Assembly (NCBI GenBank): GCA_965116905.1
Contig: OZ220732.1
Span: 968,970 to 1,032,969 of the forward strand
Length of the DNA: 64,000 nt
Reading direction: 5' to 3'
Source of the DNA: Longimicrobiales bacterium
GTDB lineage: Bacteria; Gemmatimonadota; Gemmatimonadetes; Longimicrobiales; Gaopeijiaceae
Every line of letters starts with the position of its first letter. The first letter of the stretch is position 1. Position numbers and translations under genes: made by a program. Shown piece after piece: positions 45,711-52,741 of this stretch. The notes below the pieces were generated by a model that did no database searches, was not told the origin of the DNA, and saw nothing but the letters and a program-made list of their open reading frames with translations.

Positions 45711-46625
45711 CTACCCCCGGCCGGAACTCCGCTCCTCGTGCAGCCTGTTCGACAGATTGCCGAGGCAGTACTGGCCGATCCTGTTCAGGGCACCCTCTTC
45801 CTTCTCCTGAATGATGTGCATCGCGAACATCAGCACCGCCGATTGCAGCAGGGCGAGCAGGGTCGTGTAGAACGCAACCCCGAGGTCTCCCGTCAACTGC
45901 TCCATCATCTCGGGTCCGATCGACCCCTCCACAATGCTGGCGCCCGCGAACATGAACCCGGCGCTACGCATCGCGAACGCGATCCCCAATACGGTTCCGA
46001 TGAAGCCGAGCGTCGGTATCAGCCAGACGACGTAGCGCAGCATGTTGTACCGCAACTCGATTTCGTGCTGGTAGAGTTCGAGCGACCCGTTGGTCATCGA
46101 GTTGACCTGGTCCACCGACCCGCTGTTGCGGAACTGCAGAAGCGCGCCGGTCAGCAGGCGTTGCAGCAGGTACCGCTTCTCCGGGTCGGACTCGACCACC
46201 CGTTGGTAGATCGGGGCCAGGTCGCGTTTGCGCAGAATGGTCTCGTCGTCCTCAGGCAAAAGCCCCAGGCGAACCTGCTCGCCTTCCCGGCGGCCGGCAA
46301 GATGGCGCACCACCAGCTCTCCGGCGGCCGCGCAGAAGGCGAGCCACATCACGTTCTGTATGGTGAACGGGTAGGGGAAGATCCGGGTGTTCCTGTCGAC
46401 CAGCAGTTCGGCGGCCATGCTGTTGTCGCCGGCCGGGAACACGTACGACAGAGCCCCCACGAGGACGATCCCGGCCAGCAGCGAGACGAAAAGGGTCACG
46501 GCCCGGAACGGTACCTGCTCGCCCCTCTCCGCGGGCCGCTGCGAGGTGCGCGTCCACTCCGAAGTCGACCCCGAAGGCTCCGAAGTCGACCCCGAAGGCG
46601 CGCCCGCGTTGTCGCTGTCGCTCAT
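45711..46625 (-). CDS. MotA/TolQ/ExbB-family proton-channel protein
   Basis: Signature LIPTLGFIGTVLGIAFAM plus a following TM helix (LGVAFYTTLLALLQSAVLMFA), with two N-terminal TM helices. The ATG at 46625 overlaps the upstream stop (ATGA). Confidence 0.8.
   Translation of the reverse strand: MSDSDNAGAPSGSTSEPSGSTSEWTRTSQRPAERGEQVPFRAVTLFVSLLAGIVLVGALSYVFPAGDNSMAAELLVDRNTRIFPYPFTIQNVMWLAFCAAAGELVVRHLAGRREGEQVRLGLLPEDDETILRKRDLAPIYQRVVESDPEKRYLLQRLLTGALLQFRNSGSVDQVNSMTNGSLELYQHEIELRYNMLRYVVWLIPTLGFIGTVLGIAFAMRSAGFMFAGASIVEGSIGPEMMEQLTGDLGVAFYTTLLALLQSAVLMFAMHIIQEKEEGALNRIGQYCLGNLSNRLHEERSSGRG
46558..46599 (-). repeat. perfect 21-bp tandem duplication in the 5' end of the MotA-like gene
   Basis: TCCGAAGTCGACCCCGAAGGC x2 on the plus strand encodes PSGSTSE-PSGSTSE. 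Confidence 0.9.
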
Positions 46626-48067
46626 GGCCGCCCGCACTCCGGAAGGCGAACCCCGCCCAGTTGGGGATTGATGCCGGACTCGAAGCGCATCAGCGGCTTC
46701 GGTATGCATCCCGACAGGCGATTGTTGCTCAGCGTCAACCGTTTCAGGCTGGTCAGGTTGGCCAGTTCGCCAGGTATCTGCCCGGAAAGCTGGTTGCCAT
46801 TGAGGGCGAGGAGTTCGAGTTGCCGCAGTCTGCCGAGCTCGGGCGGTATCCGGCCGGCGATCTGCGTGCGGGACAGGCGCAGCCGCTTGAGGCTCGCCAG
46901 GTTTCCGAGTTCGGGAGGGATGATCCCGGTCAGCGGGTTGTTGTACAGGTGCAGGTCCTCAAGGCTCGATATCGCACCCAGTTCGGCCGGAATTTGACCC
47001 GAAAGCTGGTTGTTCTCGAGGAACAGCGCCTTGAGTTTGCGCAGCGAGCCCAACTCGGCCGGAATCGCGCCGGAAAGCTGGTTTCCACCCAGGTTGAGGA
47101 GCTCAATCTCCGCCAGGCGCGCGAGGCGGGTGGGAATCACGCCCCCCAGATTGCGCGCGTTGAGATCGAGCCCCACTACGTTGTCGCCCCGAGACCGAAC
47201 ACCCGTCCAGGATCGCCGGTTCAGGGCGAGGCGCCAGTTCAGGTCGCCGGTGGTCCCGGCCAGATCGTTTCTCGCGGCGAGCAGCAGCTGGTCGTCGGTG
47301 AGCCGCTCTTCGGTGCGTCGCCGCGCCGCCTCCATGGTCTCGGCCTGTCGCTGCTGCCGGTTCCCCAGCCGCTCGGCTGCGGTCCGGCGCGCCTCGTCCA
47401 GCCGCGCCGCCTCCGCCTGACGCGCCTGCTCCGCCAGGCGGGCTTCCTCCGCCAGCCGTTCCTGCTCGGCCAGGCGGGCTTCCTCGGCCAGGCGGGCTTC
47501 CTCGGCAATCCGCTCCATCTCGCGGCGGGCCTCGTCGGCGAGCCGCTCCTCCTCGGCCAGACGGGCCTCTTCCGCCAGCCGCCGCTCTTCCTCACGCCGG
47601 GCGGCGTCGCGGCGGGCCTGTTCCGTGACCCGCTCCTCGCGAGCGATCCGGCGTTCTTCGGCCAGCCGCTCTGCCTCGGCCTCCAGCTCGTCCAGGCGGC
47701 GCTCCTCCTCCGCCTGCCTCTCCGCCTCCCGGCCCGCTGCCAGCAGTTCCGACAGGCTGGTGCGGTCCAGGTATCCGGTGGCCTCGATACCCCGGTCGGT
47801 CTGCCATTCGCGGAGTCCTTGACGGGCTTCGGGTTCCAGCACGCCGTCGGCGTCGCCGGAGTAGCGGCCTTCGGCGGAGAGTCCCATTTCCACCAGCGCC
47901 ACGACATCGGTGCCAAGCCCGAGCCGGGCCTCCAGGGCGGCGGCGCGCTCCTCGGGCGTGAGGGTCCGGTTCCGTGCCACGAACACCATGAGGGCAGCTG
48001 CGCCCACGATGATGGTGACGCCGGCGGCATATGAGAGACGACGAAGAGCTGCCCCGGGGCGGCGCAT
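46622..48067 (-). CDS. TolA-like bitopic protein: TM anchor, PG_binding_1-like domain, long Glu/Arg/Ala helical spacer, seven plant-type LRRs
   Basis: TM helix YAAGVTIIVGAAALMVFV. PG-binding-like GDADGVLEPEARQGLREWQTDRGIEATGYLD. (E)ARLAEE repeats. LRR units such as LNLGGNQLSGAIPAELGSLRKL. The ATG at 48067 shares a base with the upstream stop (TGATG). Confidence 0.8.
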   Translation of the reverse strand: MRRPGAALRRLSYAAGVTIIVGAAALMVFVARNRTLTPEERAAALEARLGLGTDVVALVEMGLSAEGRYSGDADGVLEPEARQGLREWQTDRGIEATGYLDRTSLSELLAAGREAERQAEEERRLDELEAEAERLAEERRIAREERVTEQARRDAARREEERRLAEEARLAEEERLADEARREMERIAEEARLAEEARLAEQERLAEEARLAEQARQAEAARLDEARRTAAERLGNRQQRQAETMEAARRRTEERLTDDQLLLAARNDLAGTTGDLNWRLALNRRSWTGVRSRGDNVVGLDLNARNLGGVIPTRLARLAEIELLNLGGNQLSGAIPAELGSLRKLKALFLENNQLSGQIPAELGAISSLEDLHLYNNPLTGIIPPELGNLASLKRLRLSRTQIAGRIPPELGRLRQLELLALNGNQLSGQIPGELANLTSLKRLTLSNNRLSGCIPKPLMRFESGINPQLGGVRLPECGRP

Positions 48068-49137
48068 CACCGGCTCCAGACGAGACCGATCTCGGTACGG
48101 CCCAGGGCGCGCCTGATGAACAGATCCGGTCCGCCCTCGGCCACTGTGGTTCCCTGCCGCGACGGCAGCGCGGTCACGCGCGAGATCGCCTCGATCTCGG
48201 ACTTCTTCCTCGACCCGAGCACCCAATCGACCGCTCCCCAGACTCCGAGCACGCTCCCCACACCGATGAACCAGTTGTTTGCGGTTTCGGTCCGGTCCCG
48301 CCTGTGCACCGCGGACAGGTACTGCCACTCCGTGTCGTAGTCCGCCCGATCCGGAACGCCCAGCCAGGGCAGCCACCTCACCGTCGCGTAGGAGCCGCCC
48401 GCCATGATGGTGCCCCAGAGGAACTTCCTCTTCCCCGACTCGCGCCTCGCGGTGGCGTCCCTGTATTGCTCCTCGAGAGCCGGACTGGCCAGCGTGGGGA
48501 GCTCTCCTTCCATCGTCTCCATGTCACGCCTTCCCAGGATGTAGTCGGCGGCACCCCATGAGAGGAGGCCGGCACCACCCAGCAGGACGGCATTCCTGAC
48601 GGTCCTCGCCGTGGCGTGTCTGTCAACGGCGGCTTGATGGGAGGCCGAGTCGGCATAGGCGTCCTCGTCTCCCGCCTCGAACACGATCCCGGTTGTAGCA
48701 ATGGCGACGACGGCCAGCGTCCCTCCCCAGAACCACCTTTTCAGGCCCGACGACCGACGCGCCTTCGATCTCTCGTATTGCGCGTGGATGTCCGGGATCA
48801 CGGACCCCGTCGCTGGGGGCTGCGCTCCGGCGGACACGGTTCCCACGACCTCGACTTCCGTAGCGAGGACATATCCGATCAGGTCGTCTTCGCCGGGCTG
48901 GCCGGGTATCGACACGATATGGTACGGACCCGACTCTCCGATCCAGTCCAGCGTCGCACCGGCCGCCAGGTTGGCGACGACGGGGCTGGAATCGGACGGA
49001 TCGAGCCGGACGGCCGCGCCATTGCCGAGCGCCCTGACCTGTTGGGCCGAAGCGAGCCCGTGTCCGATAGCGGGTGCTGCGAAGGAGACTCCGAGAAACA
49101 TGAGGCCAGCGCCGACCAGGCCGTGCTTCAGCTTCAT
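48067..49137 (-). CDS. signal-peptide protein with SH3b-like domain and internally duplicated 2xTM module
   Basis: Signal MKLKHGLVGAGLMFLGVSFAAPAIG. SH3b-like AAVRLDPSDSSPVVANLAAGATLDWIGESGPYHIVSI. Two repeats of the type KRxFxWG...TM...TM...DYILGRR. Confidence 0.6.
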   Translation of the reverse strand: MKLKHGLVGAGLMFLGVSFAAPAIGHGLASAQQVRALGNGAAVRLDPSDSSPVVANLAAGATLDWIGESGPYHIVSIPGQPGEDDLIGYVLATEVEVVGTVSAGAQPPATGSVIPDIHAQYERSKARRSSGLKRWFWGGTLAVVAIATTGIVFEAGDEDAYADSASHQAAVDRHATARTVRNAVLLGGAGLLSWGAADYILGRRDMETMEGELPTLASPALEEQYRDATARRESGKRKFLWGTIMAGGSYATVRWLPWLGVPDRADYDTEWQYLSAVHRRDRTETANNWFIGVGSVLGVWGAVDWVLGSRKKSEIEAISRVTALPSRQGTTVAEGGPDLFIRRALGRTEIGLVWSR

Positions 49138-49330
49138 TCTCGCTATTTGCTTCCTCGCGCTGTCTGATCCGCCACCGGCCGGCGGACCAGTCCCGCTCTC
49201 GCGGGCGGTTGGTTGCTTGGTCGAACTTAGCGGATCGGCCCGATGTGGTCTAGCAGCCCGTGGACAAAATCCCCCCGGCATTCGAGCGGCGATGCATCCG
49301 GGCCGGATGCTCGGCCTCACCTCCTCGCGC

Positions 49331-49381
49331 TGTAAACCAAAGTTTACAATATGTCATGTTTACTATACGTCTTGGTTTGTC
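49331..49381. promoter_or_regulatory. nested palindrome/half-site cluster in a 421-bp divergent intergenic region
   Basis: TGTAAAC-CAAA-GTTTACA (49331-49348, perfect 7-bp arms). A third GTTTAC at 49358-49363. Outer arms AAACCAAAG / CTTGGTTTG. Confidence 0.4.
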
Positions 49382-49558
49382 GGGCCCGCACTCTGCGTTG
49401 CTCCTCGGGCCCGTAGCGCTGCTACTGGCCCTTCGTCGCGCCTTGCCGGCCCGGCGCCTCACCGCTCTCGGTGCTCGGGCGGCTTTGTCCACGGACTGCT
49501 AGCATTGGAATCGGGCGGTTTCTCACCGTTGAAGGGATCTCACAACCCGCGTTAGGAC

Positions 49559-50125
49559 ATGACCTCACACGGAACCTCGGCCACGACCTGGCTGGCGCTG
49601 CTTCGCGGCATCAATGTCGGCGGCAGGAACGTGATCCGGATGGCCGAACTGCGGGAGTGCTTCGAGTCGGAAGGTTTCCGCGATGTCGTGACATACATCC
49701 AGAGCGGGAACGTGATCTTCCGTTCGGTGTCGTCCGGGCCCGGTGCACTGACGACGCGGATCGAAGGGATGCTGGCGGGGGCGTTCGACTACAGGGCGAA
49801 AGTCACGTTGCGGTCACGCGGGCAGATGCGGGCGGTGGTCGACGAAGCGCCGGAGGGGTTCGGCGTCCGGCCGGATGTCTACCGTTACGATGTCCTTTTC
49901 CTGATGCCTCCGCTGATGGCGGCCGACGCCATGGAGCATGTCGGCACCAGGCCCGGCGTCGACGAAGCCTGGGCGGGCGAAGGTGTTCTCTACTTCTCCC
50001 GACTCATCGCCAGGGCATCCCGGAGCCACCTCGGCCGTATCGCCTCGATGCCCGTGTACCAGAGCATGACGATCCGCAACTGGAAGACGACGAGCCGGCT
50101 GCTGCAGCTCATGGAGGGGCACTAG
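49559..50125 (+). CDS. DUF1697 domain-containing protein
   Basis: WLALLRGINVGGRNVIRMAELRECFESEGFRDVVTYIQSGNVIF is the canonical DUF1697 N-terminus. Confidence 0.85.
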   Translation: MTSHGTSATTWLALLRGINVGGRNVIRMAELRECFESEGFRDVVTYIQSGNVIFRSVSSGPGALTTRIEGMLAGAFDYRAKVTLRSRGQMRAVVDEAPEGFGVRPDVYRYDVLFLMPPLMAADAMEHVGTRPGVDEAWAGEGVLYFSRLIARASRSHLGRIASMPVYQSMTIRNWKTTSRLLQLMEGH

Positions 50126-50787
50126 CAGCCCGGACTGCCGAGAGTGAGGGTCCACTCCGCCGGCCTTCCGCCGCGGCAGTGCTGCAGGGCGACGCGCCAC
50201 TTCGTCCCGTCTGGAGCCGCCGTGACCCGCCAGCGGCTGACGGCGGCCCGCACCCCGGCCTCGGCTCCGCGCGACAGCATCAGTCCCAGCACGCCCGTCC
50301 CCTCGGCGGCCAGCATCAGGCGGCGCCCCGCTGCCAGGCCGGTCCCCCCGGTCTCGGCCACTACCCCCCGCACGGCCCGGCAGCGAAGCGCTTCCTCCAT
50401 GGCCCACAGCATGTCGTCCCGGCGGCGCAGCCCCGACACGACCAGCAGCTGTCCCGCGCGGATCCCGTAGCGGACCAGCCCGGGAGCGTACAGGTCGTCG
50501 TCCCGGGCGAGCCACAGCAGCGCGCCGCGCCCGCCGCGCCTGCCGCGCGAGCCGCCGCATGCACGCGCCAGCAGAGCCGCGCAGAACCCGGTGGCGGCCT
50601 CATCTCCCGCCACCTCGTGGATGCAGCCCAGGCGCAGCCCGCCACCAGGGAGGGCGTGATCGATCTCGGGTACTCCCAACGGCAAACGCGGTTGCTCCGG
50701 CGATCCGGCTTCCTCGATTCCGCGGATCGCCCGGCGGAGCGCTTTCGCGGTGTCCCGCCGGCGCCGGTCCAAGGGTAAAGTGACCAT
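50122..50787 (-). CDS. imuA: ImuA, RecA/SulA-like translesion-synthesis accessory protein
   Basis: LPLGVPEIDHALPGGGLRLGCIHEVAG...ALLWLARDDDLYAPGL...MLWAMEEALRC is typical of ImuA. Its stop shares the palindrome CTAG with the DUF1697 stop. Confidence 0.85.
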   Translation of the reverse strand: MVTLPLDRRRRDTAKALRRAIRGIEEAGSPEQPRLPLGVPEIDHALPGGGLRLGCIHEVAGDEAATGFCAALLARACGGSRGRRGGRGALLWLARDDDLYAPGLVRYGIRAGQLLVVSGLRRRDDMLWAMEEALRCRAVRGVVAETGGTGLAAGRRLMLAAEGTGVLGLMLSRGAEAGVRAAVSRWRVTAAPDGTKWRVALQHCRGGRPAEWTLTLGSPGC

Positions 50788-50800
50788 GGACCGGGCAAGA

Positions 50801-50819
50801 TACCGAATAAATACCGTAA
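50801..50819 (-). promoter_or_regulatory. candidate SOS-type operator upstream of imuA
   Basis: Minus strand TTACGGTATTTATTCGGTA, 13 nt upstream of the imuA ATG. It pairs with the imuB-proximal site. Confidence 0.45.
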
Positions 50820-50886
50820 TAGCAAGTCCAACCGGGTTCGCCCCATGTTAGGAACCACATGTATTCCCCTCAGTCGGGAGACCCCA

Positions 50887-51309
50887 ATGTTGATCAGAGT
50901 TCTGCTGGGCGTGGCCCTGACGTTCACCTCGGGCTGCTCCCTCGCCCTTGTGAAGGGACCGCCGGACTTCATTCCCGCCGACGAGCCGGTGCCCCCTGAG
51001 TCGTGCACGATCGAGAGGGCGCTTCCCTTCCTGGACGCCGTCGGCGCCGGAGCCTTTCTCATCACGGCGCTCACCAGCTCCGACGGGGATGCCGTGAGGT
51101 TTGGCGCGGTCGGTAGCGGTGCGCTCGGCTTCTCGTCCTATACGGGCTTTCGCAGAGTGAAGCAGTGCAGGGAACGCATGTTCCAGATGCTGGAAACGCC
51201 TTCCCCCGATACCCTGTTCCCGAGATCGCTGGTCGAGATCGCCGATCCGCTTCTGGGTGCACCGCGGCCGTTCCGCGTCAACGACGGATCGCCGGACCGG
51301 TCCCGGTAG
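50887..51309 (+). CDS. hypothetical lipoprotein
   Basis: MLIRVLLGVALTFTSGC is signal/lipobox-like. No recognisable domain. Confidence 0.5.
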   Translation: MLIRVLLGVALTFTSGCSLALVKGPPDFIPADEPVPPESCTIERALPFLDAVGAGAFLITALTSSDGDAVRFGAVGSGALGFSSYTGFRRVKQCRERMFQMLETPSPDTLFPRSLVEIADPLLGAPRPFRVNDGSPDRSR

Positions 51310-51322
51310 GCGCCGGCCGCGC

Positions 51323-52741
51323 ATGGGGAAGCCCGGCGTGAAGGAGAGCCGCTCGGCGTCCGGCCGCCGCACAGTCGTCGCTTCGCTCCACGACGAACTG
51401 CGCGACCGCTTCGGCGAGCGCTATTCCACCGCGGCCGCCGTCCGCGATCACCACGGCAAGGACGACTCGCACCACCCCGTGATTCCGCCCGACGGTGTGG
51501 TTTTCGCCGAGTCGACGGAAGAGGTTGCGTTCGCGGTGCGGGTTTGTGCGCGGCATGGAGTGCCGGTGATCCCGTTCGGGGCCGGCACCTCGATCGAGGG
51601 ACACGTGCAGGCGGTGTGCGGCGGGATCTCGATCGACATGAGCGGCATGAATCGCGTGCTGGCGGTCCGGCCGGACGACATGGATGCGACGGTCGAAGCG
51701 GGGGTGACGCGGATGCAACTCGACAGGGAGCTCCGCGGCACGGGCCTCTTCTTCCCGGTCGATCCGGGCGCCGACGCGACGCTGGGCGGCATGGCGGCCA
51801 CGGGCGCGTCGGGGACCACCACCGTGCGGTACGGCACCATGCGCGACAACGTGATCTCGCTCACCGCCGTGCTGGCGAGCGGCGAGGTAGTGCAGACCGG
51901 GGGACGCGCGAGGAAGTCGTCGGCAGGGTACGATCTCACCAACCTCCTGGTCGGGTCGGAGGGGACCCTGGCGGTGATTACCGAGCTCACGGTGCGCCTG
52001 CACCCGGTCCCCGAGGCGATGGCCGCCGCCGTGTGTTCCTTCCCGGGACTGGATGGAGCCGTACGTACGGTGGTCGAAGCCGTACCCATGGGTGTCCCGC
52101 TCGCACGTGCGGAATTGCTGGATGCGACGGCGATGCGTGCGGTCAACCTCTACTCGGGATTCGACTATCCGGAGGCGCCCACCATGTTCTTCGAGTTCCA
52201 CGGATCGGAGGATGACGTGCGGGCCCAGGGCGCCATAATGGAAGAGATCAGCCGCGGCCTCGGAGGGACCGCGTTCGAGTACGCGCGCAGACAGGACGAA
52301 CGGGCCCGGTTGTGGAAGGCGCGCCACGACGCCTACCCGGCGCTGCTGGGGCTGAGGCCCGGCTGTCACGGCCTGACGACCGACGTCTGCGTACCCGTCT
52401 CACGTCTGGCCCGCTGTATTGCCGAGAGCGAGGAGGACCTGAAGACGGCTTCGATGCCGTGGGGCGTGGTGGGTCACGTCGGCGACGGCAACTTCCACGC
52501 GGTCTTCATCATCGACCCGGACTCGGAGGCGGAGCTGGCCGAAGCCGAAGCAATCAACGAGCGCATCGTGCGGCGCGCGATCGCCATGGAAGGCACCTGC
52601 ACCGGCGAACACGGAATCGGCCTGGGGAAGATCGGCTTCCTCGAGTCCGAGTTCGGGGCTTCGGGGTTGGCGGCGATGCGGGCTGTGAAGGCCGCGCTGG
52701 ACCCTCAGGGGATCATGAATCCGGGGAAGGTCGTGGCCTGA
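51323..52741 (+). CDS. FAD-linked oxidase (D-lactate dehydrogenase / GlcD-like)
   Basis: FAD-binding PCMH block VIPFGAGTSIEGHV and C-terminal GTCTGEHGIGLGK. Confidence 0.85.
   Translation: MGKPGVKESRSASGRRTVVASLHDELRDRFGERYSTAAAVRDHHGKDDSHHPVIPPDGVVFAESTEEVAFAVRVCARHGVPVIPFGAGTSIEGHVQAVCGGISIDMSGMNRVLAVRPDDMDATVEAGVTRMQLDRELRGTGLFFPVDPGADATLGGMAATGASGTTTVRYGTMRDNVISLTAVLASGEVVQTGGRARKSSAGYDLTNLLVGSEGTLAVITELTVRLHPVPEAMAAAVCSFPGLDGAVRTVVEAVPMGVPLARAELLDATAMRAVNLYSGFDYPEAPTMFFEFHGSEDDVRAQGAIMEEISRGLGGTAFEYARRQDERARLWKARHDAYPALLGLRPGCHGLTTDVCVPVSRLARCIAESEEDLKTASMPWGVVGHVGDGNFHAVFIIDPDSEAELAEAEAINERIVRRAIAMEGTCTGEHGIGLGKIGFLESEFGASGLAAMRAVKAALDPQGIMNPGKVVA

Noticed and set aside
44329-45810. 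ORFs 44329..45315 (-), 44371..45810 (+) and 44444..45487 (-), which overlap the vWA gene
   Set aside because: Only the frame of 44474..45634 shows a TM helix, a Cys-rich repeat and clear vWA motifs. The others are low-complexity alternative frames.
44615-49137. Calling the MotA-like module a Zorya system
   Set aside because: No ZorC/ZorD-like genes or nuclease/helicase effector are present. The MotA-like protein lacks a long C-terminal tail, and the MotB-like partner has vWA instead of an OmpA-like domain. Only an analogy is justified.
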